From Mustelus asterias (lineage: Eukaryota), in NCBI RefSeq assembly GCF_964213995.1, contig NC_135812.1:103850001-103914000 (forward strand): a stretch of 64,000 bases of DNA. The letters are read 5' to 3'. The position numbers were made by a program, and so were the translations under genes. Shown one piece after another: positions 12,105 through 24,940 of this stretch. The notes under the pieces are model-generated. The model made no database searches, was not told the DNA's origin, and was given only the letters and a program-made list of their open reading frames with translations. Within the stretch, counting starts at the first letter, position 1. Each line of letters opens with the position of its first letter.

Positions 12105-13045
12105 TAAATTCAATGCAAGCTTGAAGAACAGCACCTCATCTTTCAACTGAATGCTATAGCCTTCAGGATTCAACACTTGAGTTCAACAATTTTAAATTGT
12201 AACGTCTAACTGCGCTAGTTTTGTTTTTTCTAGTTTCCTCTTTTTTGGTTTCATGCATTAGTGATACACGCCCCTGCCATTCACATTTCATCAGGACCAG
12301 TGGTTCCCAACCTTTTATGTCATGGCACATCTCTATAGTATAAAATAATTTGAGGTAAAACTCCTATTTTCTCTGTCTTCTTCCCTTACTGAGAACTTTG
12401 TTTTTATCTTCTCCCTGTTCTCTTGCCTGTTACTTCTAACCTCTCCCTGTATTTCTCACTTCTTCAGGGTTTTTGCTCCCTTTTTGAGTTTTTGCTCTTT
12501 GTACAGGCACGCCAGACCTTTATCTTCAGCTCCAAGTCCCATCGGTAATTCGCATGGGACTGGCCAACATTAAAAAAAAATCAAATCCACACGTGCAGTT
12601 CTTTCCCAGCCAGCCCAAGCATGGGAAACCCAAGATTCACTGGGTCTTGGAGATGCCAACCACAGAGTTGAAGATGGAGGTTAGTTTTAGTTTAATTACA
12701 TGAATTTTTAATCATCTTGAATCTTTTTTCACGGCATGATTAGGGATCTTCATGGCACTGATTGTGAACCACTGATTGAGATACATCTTTTGTTTCCTTA
12801 CTTGTCCATTACCACTCCTTCGGCATTGCACTATGAACCCTTCATTTAATCTCTTCTGCCATCCATCCTATCCGACTTTTTCTCTTTTTCCCACCTTTTC
12901 CCCCGTTTCACTTGCTCGAAACCTACTACATTTCTAACTTTTCCCAGTTCTGATGAAAATTTACAGCACTGAAATGTTAAATCTATTTCTCTCTTCACAG
13001 ATTTTACCAGATTGGCTGATTATTTACAGCATTTTCTATTTTTAT
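12105..13045 (+). mobile_element. Older Penelope-like element (second lineage), 3' end, interrupted by a hAT MITE
   Basis: 12115-12195 encodes KLEEQHLIF..(L.P)SGFN..EFNNF (GIY-YIG C-terminus, frameshifted). A decayed hammerhead-like motif GTTCTGATGA..CTGAAATGTTAA lies at 12946-12981. Confidence 0.6.
12298..12774. mobile_element. hAT (Charlie-like) non-autonomous element
   Basis: TIRs CAGTGGTTCCCAAC / GATTGTGAACCACTG. Flanking 8-mers ATCAGGAC and ATTGAGAT are compatible with a decayed NTCTAGAN target. Confidence 0.7.
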
Positions 13046-13663
13046 GATAGAACATTTTCATGATGGGGACAAACTTAAGAACTGGAGAGGAGTAATAGAA
13101 TTTAAATGTGCATGTGTATAAATCAGTCAAGCCTAGTGCATAAGCACAAAAAAATCCAAAAAGCTGATAGAATATCGGCTCCTAACTCAGTGGTGGTACA
13201 AATACAGAAGTTAACAAGTGATGTTTTAGTTACATCAAACTTTGATCAGTTCCCATCTATAGAGGACTGCATTCAATTTTGGGTGCCACACCCTCAGCAA
13301 TAATGTAAAATTCACCAGAATTACACAACAGCTTAAATAGGTTCAAGTGTGTACAGATTGCATAATCATGACTTTTATTCTCTTGAGTTTAGAATGTTAA
13401 GAGGCGATCTAACCATGGTCCTTAATGTAACACACTTTATTTCCATTTCACATCGTGCAGGAATCCAGAGCAAGGGGACATGTCAAGGTTTTGGTTTGAT
13501 GGAAGAGCCAAGCTACATAATTCAATTGCAAGTACACCATGTGATTTGCCAGATGTGCACATGATTAAGATTTTTCAATTAAATAGACATTTATTTTGCT
13601 TTGCTTGGGTTACTGTTATCTGCTTGCTCCTTATAAAATCTGATTCGATCAGAGTCTTGTTTG

Positions 13664-15236
13664 ATAGATGCAGCAGGATATAGATCGGTTGCAAATATGG
13701 ACAGAGAAATGGCAGGTGGAGTTTAATCCGGGCGAATGTGGGGTGCTGCACTTTGAGAGATCAAATGTTAAGGATAAGTATACAGTTAAGGGCAGGACCC
13801 TGAAGAGCATTGATGTACAGAGGGATCTTGGGGTTCAAGTCCATAGCTTCCTGACGGTGGCTACGCAAGTAGATAGCGTGGTAAAGAAGGGAAATGACAT
13901 GCTTGCCTTTATTGGTCGAGTCATTGTGTACAAGAGTCAGGATGTCATGTTGCAGCTTTAAAAAACTTTAGTTAGGCCACTTTACAGGAAGGATGTGGAG
14001 GCTTTGGAGAAGATGCAGTAGAGGTTTACCAGGATGCTACCTGGATTAGAGGGTATGAGCTATAAGGAGCTATAACTGGTACAACGACAATAATCTCTCT
14101 CGCAATATCAATTAAACGAAGGAGATAGTCATCGAATTAAGGAAGCATGGTGGAGGACATGCCCCCATCTACATCAACAAGGACGAAGTGGAAGTGGTCG
14201 CGAGCTTCAAGCTTCTAAGTGTCCAGATCACCAACAACCTGTCTTGTCCCCGCCATGCTGACACTATAATTAAGAAAGCACAGCAACGCCTCTACTTTCT
14301 CAGAAGGCTAAGGAAATGTGGCTACAATTCTCACCAACTTGTACTGATGCACCACAGAAAGCATTCTTTCTGGTTGTACCACAGCTTGGTGTGGCTCCTG
14401 CTCTGTCCAAAACCGCAAGGAACTACAAAGAGTCATGAACGAAGCTCAGTCCATCACACAAACCAGCATCCCATCCATTGACTGTGTCTACACTTCCCAC
14501 TGCCTTGGAAAAACAGCCAGCATAATCAAGGACCCCACGCACCCAGACTTACTCTCTTCCACCTTCTTCCGACGGGAAAAAGATACAAAAGTCTTAGATC
14601 ACGTACCAACCGACTCAAGAACAGCTTCTCCCCTGCTGTCATCATTTTAAATGGACCTAACTTGCATTAAGTTGATCTTTCTCTACACCCTAGCTATGAC
14701 ATTCTGCACTCTCTCGTTTCCTTCTCTATGAACGGTATGTTTTGTCGGTATTGCGCGCAAGAAACAATACTTTTCACTGTATACTAATACATGTGACAAT
14801 GAATCAAATCAAGAGGCTGGATAAACTAGGGTTGTTTTCTCTGGAGTGGCGGAGGCTGAGGGGAAACCTGATAGAAGTCTATGAAATTATGAGAGGCATA
14901 GATAGGGTTGACAGTCAGAATCTTTTTCCCAGAGTTGAAATGTCTAATAATAGGGGGCCTGCACTTAAAGTGAGAGGGGGAAGTTCAAAAGAGATGTGAG
15001 GGGTAAGGTTTTTTCCCCCCCACACAGAGAATGGTAAGTGTTTGGAACGCACGCCAGGGGTGGTAGTGGAGACAGATAGGATATGGGTGTTTAAGGGGCT
15101 TTTAGATAAGTACATGAATATGCAAGGAATAGAGGGATAGAGAGGATAGGCAAAAGGGATTAGTTTAATTTGGTGTCATGTTCGGCACAACATCATGGGC
15201 TGAAGGGCCTGTTCCTGTGTTGCACTGGTCTGTGTT
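13664..15236 (+). mobile_element. CR1 LINE 3' portion, split by a Rex1 insertion
   Basis: ORF 13668-13961 (QQDIDRLQIW.EKWQVEFNP..QRDLGVQVH). Resumes at ~14813 (RLDKLGLFSLEWRRLRG) and ends in the CR1 tail. Confidence 0.9.
14072..14812 (+). mobile_element. Rex1/Babar LINE 3' fragment
   Basis: Encodes W.NDNNLS..; VEVV.SFK.L.VQITNNLS; KKAQQRLYFLRRLRK; KTASIIKDPTHP. Tail TACATGTGACAATGAATCAAATC. Confidence 0.85.
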
Positions 15237-15774
15237 AATAACTCAGACACTTCAGTCTGAAGTGTTCTAATTCATTTCTTGCAATTAATAAAATATAATC
15301 TGAGCAAAGGAAAAAAGTTGTTTATTGAAATTCAGCCAGTCTATGGAGATAAACTGATTGATAGCCTTTTAAAAAATTCTATGCTTTCTTATGATCAGAA
15401 CGCAATACTGTGAGCTGAATTTCAATGAAACCTTAGAAAGAGTTAGAACCTACATCAAAGAGAAGGTAACAAATTAATGCATCTCATTGTTGTTATTGAA
15501 CATTCTCTGGGAGTACTTTGCATATGTTTTAAATAACAACGATTGTCAATATATTTGCAATTTTTTGTACACTGTTTAAAAAGGTCAGAGCACTGGCTTT
15601 TGATTATCCATACAATTATATCCAGTCATCCCCTTTATCCAAATGAAAACACACCCACATCCTTAGATATTTACCACAAATTACCTGCCAGGGTGGGGCA
15701 ATCTACTGTAACCACCTCTTCAATGCCATATTTATGACACTGAACTGCCTTCACTTGTAGTACTTCTGATGAAT

Positions 15775-15885
15775 TCTCCGGGATTCTCTGATCTTGTTCA
15801 CCTGCCACCACTGGCAGCACGAACGGAGTATTTGGCGCTCAGCCAAAACTCCATTCACTGCACTGGGGACAGGAGAATTCCAGCC
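15775..15885. mobile_element. Short Harbinger-type MITE
   Basis: CCGGGATTCTC ... GGAGAATTCCAGCC inverted ends, ~110 bp. Confidence 0.5.
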
Positions 15886-16627
15886 AATGTACTTCATTAA
15901 CTGGTACTCTGGAATTCCTTCTGTTTCAATAATAAAAGGGGATTTCAAAGCTCCAGCAGCAATATTAGAAGTCTTTTTGTGTCAAAATTGGAACCTCAAT
16001 TTTCTGGTTGCAAACTTTGTGTGATGTCACTAATATCTAAGAAGACTGTAATAACAAAAATGCATTGTTGGCTATTTTTGTGACCTGAGTGTTCAAGTTG
16101 CCTGTGGTCAGAAAATATGGTGGCACTTACCACCTGGAACTGATCTAATAATACATAGAGTTGTATCGGAGGAAGATAAACCTAAAGTCTGTACCACAGA
16201 CTACTGAAGGCACTAATGCCCCTCAGATTATATTACAATATTGCAGATGTGTGTTTAAACTCACCGTATAGGTAGAAAGGCATAGCTGAGATCTTAGGGA
16301 GATGAGAAGAACCATAACCATCAATAGAGAGATGAGTAATATTATCAGAAGGGTGAGACAATCAGGAAAGGGACAAAAAAGGGGCCAAACAGCAATCTTG
16401 TTCTTCCCGGCTCCAAATTCAGGCAATATTTTTTTTAAAGTACGTCGTTTTGGTGGTCCTTTTAGGACCACTCTTTGGAGTGTTTGCAGACCTGGTTATC
16501 CTGAACACAGGTTATCCTAAACACAGGCCTGCTATGTTCGCCAGACAGTTGTGGGAAGGATGTTCTGAAACAAGTGTTAAGCTTTCTATTTGCATATGTA
16601 AAGGAACAACACTGTTTTCAGGTACTG

Positions 16628-17899
16628 GTGGTTGGTAAATTGATGGAAAAGGTCCTTCAAGATGGGATTTACGACCATTTAGAAAGATGCGGATTAATCC
16701 GGGATAGTCAGCATGGATTCGTGAAGGGCAAGTCGTGCCTCACAAATTTGATAGAATTTTTTGAGGAGGTAACTAAGTGTGTTGATGAAGGTAGGGCAGT
16801 TGATGTCATATACATGGATTTTAGTAAGGCGTTTGATAAGGTCCCCCATGGTCGGCTTATGATGAAAGTGAGGAGGTGTGGGATAGAGGGAAAGTTGGCC
16901 GATTGGATAGGTAACTGGCTGTCTGATCGAAGACAGAGGGTGGTGGTCGATGGAAAATTTTCGGATTGGAGGCAGGTTGCTAGCGGAGTGCCACAGGGAT
17001 CAGTGCTTGGTCCTCTGCTCTTTGTGATTTTTATTAATGACTTAGAGGAGGGGGCTGAAGGGTGGATCAGTAAATTTGCTGATGACACCAAGATTGGTGG
17101 AGTAGTGGATGAGGTGGAGGGCTGTTGTAGGCTGCAAAGAGACATAGATAGGATGCAAAGCTGGGCTGAAAAATGGCAAATGGAGTTTAACCCTGATAAA
17201 TGTGAGGTGATTCATTTTGGTAGGACTAATTTAAATGTGGATTACAGGGTCAAAGGTAGGGTTCTGAAGACTGTGGAGGAACAGAGAGATCTTGGGGTTC
17301 ATATCCACAGATCTCTAAAGGTTGCCACTCAAGTGGATAGAGCTGTGAAGAAGGCCTATAGTGTGTTAGCTTTTATTAACAGGGGGTTGGAGTTTAAGAG
17401 CCGTGGGGTTATGCTGCAACTGTACAGGACCTTGGCGAGACCACATTTGGAGTATTGTGTGCAGTTCTGGTCACCTCACTATAGGAAGGATGTGGAAGCA
17501 CTGGAAAGAGTGCAGAGGAGATTTACCAGGATGCTGCCTGGTTTGGAGGGTAGGTCTTATGAGGAAAGGTTGCGGGAGCTAGGGCTGTTCTCTCTGGAGC
17601 AGAAGAGGCTGAGGGGAGACTTAATAGAGGTTTATAAAATGATGAAGGGGATAGATCGAGTGAACGTTCAAAGACTATTTCCTCGGGTGGATGGAGCTAT
17701 TACAAGGGGGCATAACTATAGGGTTCGTGGTGGGAGATACAGGAAGGATATCAGAGGTAGGTTCTTTACGCAGAGAGTGGTTGGGGTGTGGAATGGACTG
17801 CCTGCAGTGATAGTGGAGTCAGACACTTTAGGAACATTTAAGCGGTTATTGGATAGGCACATGGAGCACACCAGGATGATAGGGAGTGGGATAGCTTGA
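16628..17899 (+). CDS. CR1 ORF2 reverse transcriptase, N-truncated open frame
   Basis: [47 protein letters not shown]. The ORF-track start at 16574 lies in flanking DNA. Confidence 0.9.
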   Translation: MVGKLMEKVLQDGIYDHLERCGLIRDSQHGFVKGKSCLTNLIEFFEEVTKCVDEGRAVDVIYMDFSKAFDKVPHGRLMMKVRRCGIEGKLADWIGNWLSDRRQRVVVDGKFSDWRQVASGVPQGSVLGPLLFVIFINDLEEGAEGWISKFADDTKIGGVVDEVEGCCRLQRDIDRMQSWAEKWQMEFNPDKCEVIHFGRTNLNVDYRVKGRVLKTVEEQRDLGVHIHRSLKVATQVDRAVKKAYSVLAFINRGLEFKSRGVMLQLYRTLARPHLEYCVQFWSPHYRKDVEALERVQRRFTRMLPGLEGRSYEERLRELGLFSLEQKRLRGDLIEVYKMMKGIDRVNVQRLFPRVDGAITRGHNYRVRGGRYRKDIRGRFFTQRVVGVWNGLPAVIVESDTLGTFKRLLDRHMEHTRMIGSGIA

Positions 17900-17977
17900 T
17901 CTTGGTTTCAGATAAAGCTCGGCACAACATCGTGGGCCGAAGGGCCTGTTCTGTGCTGTACCGTTCTATGTTCTATG
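16628..17977 (+). mobile_element. Young 5'-truncated CR1 (HER1-like) LINE
   Basis: Uninterrupted ORF2 C-terminal ~424 aa, then a 3' UTR ending in (GTTCTAT)n. Near-identical to 39132-40487. Confidence 0.95.
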
Positions 17978-18724
17978 GTTGTCAAAGTATCAGCAACTGC
18001 ATGCCTGGACAGTCATTTGTTAAGCCAATCGCATTGTTCAAAACAGGTGATGATCATTGGCTCAACTTCCAAAAGTGTATAAATGTATAGAGTTGGAATA
18101 GTTAGGTTTGGGGGAAGCATATGGAGAATGTTGCCATGTTGCTTAAAATAAATTTGCTTAAAGTAAAAAAAAACAAGCTTCAGACTTATTCCTTCATCAT
18201 GTACTGTTATTGGAATTAACACTGGTTATGTTTTCTTCAGACTTGACCAATACAGTGAGATGTGCATGCTACAAGTGTGCCATCATTCTGGGTGTTCAGA
18301 TGCTCATTTTATGTCAGTAAAATATACCTGCTTCAATGATTTTCCATACTAGGTCTCTGAAATTGCATCAATGCACATGATTACAATATCAACTATATCT
18401 CTAAAGCAGTGCATTATTATGCTATTCTTTAAAAATGAATTCAAGGTATACACACCACGTTTTGCAAATGAATTTCTACAGCTGTGCAATAATCATTTTG
18501 TGCCATTTGTATTATTATTTATCAGACCAGGTATACATTTTAAGAGAAGATTGCAGATTTTTCTGTTCCGAATTATATTGACTTATCTGGGCACAGTGAA
18601 TAATGGAAAAATCTACCTTAAGAGAGCCTTTTGGATTTTCAGTCCTCTTAAAATTAATGGTAGGAAAATGAGGCAATTGGTCCAATTTACTTCCTATTCA
18701 CTGTGATGAGTAAACCAATAGAAT

Positions 18725-20041
18725 ACTGGGAAGTACATGATAAAGTAGGACTGAGTCAGCACAGCTTTGTCAAGGGGAGGTCATGTCTGACAAATCTGTT
18801 AGAGTTCTTTCAGGAGATAACAAGGAAGTTAGATAAAGGAGAACCAGTGAACATGATTTATTTAGATTTCCAGAAGGCCTTTGACAAGGTGCGCATAGGA
18901 GACTGTTAAATAAGTTAAGTGCCCATGGTGTTAAGGGTAAGATCCCGGCATGGATAGAGGATTGGCTGACTGGCAGAAGGCAGAGTGGGGGGGATAAAGG
19001 GGTCTTTTTCAGGATTGCAGCCTGTGACTAGTGGTGTGCCTCAGTGGTCAGTGCTGGGACCACAACTTTTCACAATATACATTAATGATTTGGAGGAAGG
19101 AACTGAAGGCACTGTTGCTAAGTTTGCAGATGATACAAAGATATCATCTGCAAATTGAGGGTCAGGTAGTATTGAGGAAGCAGGGGGGCTGCAGAAGGAC
19201 TTGGACAGGTTAGGAGAGTGGGCAAAGAAGTGGCAGATGCAATACAATGTGGAAAAGTGTGAGGTTATGGACTTTGGAAGGAGGAATGGAGGCATAGACT
19301 ATTTTCTAAATGGGAAAATGCTTAGGCAATCAGAAGCACAAAGGGACTTGGGAGTCCTTATTCAAGATTCTCTTAAGGTTAACGTGCAGGTTCAGTCGGC
19401 AGTTAGGAAGGCAAATGCAATGTTAGCATTCATGTCGAGGGCTAGAATACAAGAGCAGGGACGTACTTCTGAGGCTGTATAAGGTCTGGTCAGACCCCAT
19501 TTGGAGTATTGTGAGTAGTTTTGGGCCCTGTTTCTAGGGAAGGATGTGCTGGCCTTGGAAAGGGTCCAGTTGAGGTTCACAAGAATGATCCCTGGAATGA
19601 AGAGCTTGTCGTACGAGGAACGGCTGAGGACTCTGGGTCTGTACTCGTTGGAGTTTAGAAGGATGAGGGGGAATCTTATTGAAAGTTACAGGATACTGTG
19701 AGGCCTGGATAGAGTGGACGTGGAGAGGATGTTTTCACTCGTAGGAAAAACTAGAACCAGAGGGCACAACCTCAGGCTTAAGGGACGATCCTTTAAAACA
19801 GAGATGAGGAAGAATTTCTTCTCAGCCAGAGTGTGATGAACCTGTGGAACTCTTTTCCCGAGAGGGCTGTGGAGGCCAGGTCCTTGAGTGTCTTTAAGAC
19901 AGAGGTAGATAGGTTCTTGATTAACAAGGGGATCAGGGGTTATGGGGAAAAGGGATGAGAAAAATATCAGCCATGATTGAATGGCAGAGCAGACTTGATG
20001 GGCCGAGTGGCCTAATTCTGCTCCTATGTCTTATGGTCTTA
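18725..20041 (+). mobile_element. CR1 LINE, 5'-truncated, frameshifted
   Basis: YLDFQKAFDKV, FADDTK and KWQMQYNVEKCEV fragments. Tail GGCCTAATTCTGCTCCTATGTCTTATGGTCTTA. Confidence 0.92.
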
Positions 20042-20509
20042 ATATGCTCAAGGTAACAAAATCTGCCCCAGAAACTGTTTGATGTGAACTTTCCTAAATC
20101 TAATCAAATTTAATGTTTCAATTTAATGTCTGATATCCTTTAAGAGTGAGACTAAGACCAATTCCTAATCCTCTGAGTTTGGTTTCAAAAACAATTTGTA
20201 ACTTCGAACCATTGATCCTGAAGATTTAAATCTCTTCTCCTGCAAATACGTAAGTGTGATGATACGCAATGCAAATGTTACTTTCTCAGATCAGATACCT
20301 AATGTAAATATGGAAAGTCAGTAAGAAATAGGATTTTCCTGCTGAATTTCCCAGTGTTTCAATGTTCTCTCTGTTCCAGAATACTTACACATGATATCAG
20401 CACATGACAGAACCTTAGAATTTCATTTAAGAAATCAAAGTGACACACTGGGACCCATAATACAGAACATAAGGATTGGAAAAGAGGAAATCTGGACATA
20501 TAATTAATC

Positions 20510-20780
20510 TAAGCTGACATTTCAGTGCAGTACAAGGGGTTGCTGCACTGTCAAAGGCACCATCCTTTGCATGATACAATTAACCATGGCCCTGTCAATC
20601 CTCTCAAATGCACATAAAAGCGCTCTCTAATCAAAGAGCTGGGGATTTCTCATGGTATCTCGCCTGTGTACTCTTTAACCAACATCACCAGAACACATAT
20701 CTGGTAAATTATCTCATCAGCTGCTTGTAGAATCTTGCTGTGTGCAAAATGACTGTGACTGAACTAGTCCAACTACATCA
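20510..20780 (+). mobile_element. Deu-domain SINE remnant (SacSINE1/AmnSINE1-related)
   Basis: CAGTGCAGTAC..GCTGCACTGTC..AACCAACATCACC..ATCTGGT..TCTTGCTGTGTGCAAAAT. Similar to 30130-30280 and 40565-40803. Confidence 0.6.
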
Positions 20781-23564
20781 ACAAATGTGTCCACGACAAC
20801 AGGACAGAAACTGACCATTGTTCAATGATGGCTTACCGCCAAACCCCTCAAAGCTTCTCCACCAAGTACAAAGCTTAAGTCAGGATGTGAAGGAGCACTC
20901 CCCACTCACTTGAAGTCCAACTGCATTAACACACAAGAAACCATTCACGACTAAACATTCTGCTGACTGGCATCCTTCCCACTGAATTCTACGTCCCTCC
21001 ACCCACAGGCACACTGTGGGTACATACTACGTAGAGAACAGACTGCAGCAGTTTGCCTTGGTTTCTATCACAGCACTTATTTTATCCATGCTATGAAGAA
21101 TAAGAGCAGCAATTTGGGTGGTTTCGGAAAACGCATTTGCCTGTACATCATAGTGATTCCTACCCTTTTACCTGAACAGCAAGATCAAGACCAAAATGAA
21201 GGGTATGAAATTAGACTTTGCCTGTAGCACAATTTGGTGATATTAAATCAGCAACCCATTTTATATCCTGCTCGATTTTTCTCCTCCATTCTGATAACAA
21301 GGCATCACCTCACACATGGCCATGCATGGTCCATGGGCGAGTCTGTTTTGCAATTGTCCATAGAACAATTTCACCCTTGTGAGATCGGAATTGTTTTATT
21401 CTCACAGTTGTCGTTTTGTGTCTTGCTATCTTCTACAAAATATTCCATTTTCGATTGTTTAAATATAAAAAGATGAAAAATGATGAGACATTGTTACTTG
21501 AGATGCTATACAGTGTAGATAGCAAAGAGGTCCTGATTTCAGGTTTAATGCTTCTGTCACACAAAACATTAAGTAAGATATACAACTGGTAAGATCTGCA
21601 ATTCACATTACTATATTATAATAATTCAATATATCATCAAATTTGTTATCAGAATCAAACTTAAGTTTAGGGAAAACTTTAGTTTAGGACAAAGTTTATA
21701 CCATCAAAATAATTGTGCCAAGACTCGAGCTGTGAAACCACTGCTGGCAACATTAGCCAATGAATACTTAATATGTTATGGCTAATAATCCTTTACCTAA
21801 CTTTGGCATGTAGACGTTGAAAATGAGTGTCAGCACCTGCATTAAAACAATGAACAAATCAGTATCACAAATATGCAGTATGTTTAGGTGAGGTCTGTCC
21901 ACTAATCTTAGAGTAATACCATGGTACAATATGAAAGGAGGCCATTTGACCAATCATGTCATGCCTGTTCTTTAGTAGAGCTATGAATTTACTCCCGACC
22001 CCTGCATTTTAGCTAGCAACTAACAGACAGCAACATTTTAAATTCCAGAGAGAGGGGAAAACAAGAGCCACTGCTTTCTATCTCGCATCCAAACAGTATC
22101 TGAGAAAAATGAAACTAAAACCTTGGAGTCCTCTGTGGAATAAAAACTGTCCCCAGGAAGCATCTGTCCTGTCAATCATGCTCTACCCTGCAATTCCCAA
22201 AACGCTCATAAAAACCCCATAAAAACTACATTAGTCCAGATTAAAAATAAACATGAGGCCATTATATTGCTTCAGCAACAGTTAGAGGATACCTGCTACA
22301 GACAGAGTGGTGCCAATAAACATTTGCAAAGGAACTGCTTGAAAAACCTGCAAAGAAACATAATTAAAATGCATTTACTAAAGACACAATATTGTCACAT
22401 AAAGAAACAAACAAAAATGCAGTTATGCACCTGGATTAGGTTAATTCAGAATACAGGCTGCATAGTCAGGGTTTACAGAAAGGAAGCAATATTTGAAAAA
22501 GCACTGTATAGAAAAAACAACCTCATGGGTCACTGCTATGTACCTTCTAACTGCTGACTCCCAAATAGTATTGTCAAAGACCAAGGTAGTTGCCTACCCT
22601 CCAAATTGGGGACTCACTGCAGGCATCAGACGGTCTAAAAACTGAGGGGAAAAAGCTTAGAAGTCTCACACACCAATGTTTATAAAATGGAGGATGTTTT
22701 GTCAGAACTGCACAGCTTTGAATTACCTCACAAGATGTGTCATAGTCTGCTGTTTATGTACAGGTGTATGTTCCTATAAAGTGAAAAGACTAATGGCTCT
22801 GAATTTTTGGGCACAATTCCAAGCTGCATGTTCGTAGCAGATCAACAATTCAATTATCTGCACATCAAAATGGCTTCCTTTAAATAAAATGCAACCAATC
22901 AACAAGTACTTTCTGTGCAATGTTCCTGTCAATGAGCAGATGGTAATTAAAGGTTAGATTGCTTTATCTTCTTAATTATTGTTTTAAAAGTGACACAAAA
23001 TTGTCTATGTATGTCTGTGGAAGCAATGGACAAAGCACACATGAGAACTAACATTTTTACAGAGTAAGGAATTTCTTGTGACATATCTCATCGTGAGTAT
23101 ACCATTTATACCCAGCGGGTATACCATTTAATCCTTTCTCACATACAATATGTTAGAAATGATACGATTTATGATAACTGTATATGACAAATTGTATTTT
23201 TGCAACATACCACGGTTGGAATTTTATTGGTGTTTTCAAAAGCTTGCATATTTATTATTGTCTGATCAGCATACTCATAAAAGTGAAGAATTAATCAATG
23301 GAACATTGGAATTACTCTTTCATGCTATTTAATTTAGAAAGCATGAAATGTTGGGAACAGTTATTCTACAATAATACCTTGTGCTTGAGGCATGCTATGT
23401 CTTTCTTTGCAAAACAGAAAATCACTAACTCAGACTGATGTTATGTTATTGTAAAATCTAATTTTAAAGGTCTTGCATAATATTTTCAACTGTTATTTTC
23501 ATTCACTCATTTTAAGTCATTCTAGGAACCCCGAAGTGTTTTTGTGGTTTGTTGAAAAAAAAAA

Positions 23565-24940
23565 TCATAATTAGGAACAGGAGAAGACCATTCAGCCTAT
23601 CGAGCCTGCTTCACCATTTAATACGATCATGGTTAATTTGACACTTCAATGTCTTTTACACCCACTGTCCCCATAATCCTTTACATTGTTGTTAATCAGA
23701 AATCTATCAATTTCTGCTTTAAATAATCACAATGACTGAGCTTCCACGGCCCTCTTGGGTAGAGAATTCCAAAGATTCCTTGTAAAGAATTCTCCTCCTC
23801 AGTCCTAAGTGGAATCCCCTTTATTTTGAAATTGTGCACCCTGGTTCTAGACTCCTCAGCCAAGGGAAACATCTTACCTGCATCAGCCTTGTCTATTCCT
23901 TTCAGTATTTTGTAGGTTTCAATTAGATCACCTCTCATTCTTCAAAACTCTAGAGACTACAAGCCCAGTTTGCTCAATCTCACTTCATAAATCAGTCACA
24001 CCATCATCAGAACAAGTCTGATTAACCATCCTTGCACTCTATGGCAATATCCTTTAAGGTAAGATAACCAAAACTGCATACACTACTCCAGGTGCAATCT
24101 AACGCAGCTCCTATACAATTGAAGCAAGATTTCATTATTCTGTACTCAAATCTTCTTGCGATAAAGGTTCACATTCCAATAGCCTTCCTAATATCTTGCT
24201 GCACCTGCATGCTAGCCTTCTTTGACTTATGGACAAAGACACCCAGGTCCCTTTATACGTTTACACTTTCTCATTTCTTACCATTTAGGAAATAGACTGA
24301 ACATCTGTTCCTTCTATCAAAGTAGATTACCTCACATTTTTCCACATTATATCCCATTTGCCATGTTCTTGCCCACTCACTAAGACTGTCTAAATGCTCC
24401 TGTAGCCGCTTTACACCGTCCTCACAACACACATTCCCACCTAGCTTTGTAACATCTGCAAACTTGGAAATGTTACATTTGGTCCCCACATCCAAATCAT
24501 TGATATAAATTGTGAACAGCTGGGGCTCCGAGGACTGATCCTTGCAGTATGCCACTAGCCAGAGTCTGCCAATGCGAGACTGACCTGTTTATTCCTACTC
24601 TGTTTTCTACCCGTTAGCCAATCCTCAATCCATGACAGTATGTTGTCGCAATCCCATATCCTTTTATTTTGCTAATTAACCTGCTGTGGGGGACTTTACC
24701 AAAAGCCTTCTGAAAGCCCAAATATACCACATCCATCAACCCTCTTTAATCAATTCATTAGCAACATTTTCAAAAAGTTCCAACAAGGTTGTCAAAACAT
24801 GTTTCCCATTCATAAATCCATGCTGTCTATGCCCAATCAGATCATGATTGTCCAAGTGTCTGTTTATCACATACTTTGCAATAGATTCCAGCATTTTGAC
24901 TACAACTGATGTAAGGCTAATAGGTCTGTAGTTCCCTGTT
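23565..24940 (-). mobile_element. CR1 LINE, 5'-truncated, decayed
   Basis: ORFs 24271-24555 ([21 protein letters not shown]) and 23696-23938 (MRGDLIETYKILKG). CR1 tail near 23565. Confidence 0.9.

Noticed and set aside
23097-23130. 12-bp direct repeat GTATACCATTTA
   Set aside because: A small local duplication with no further structure.
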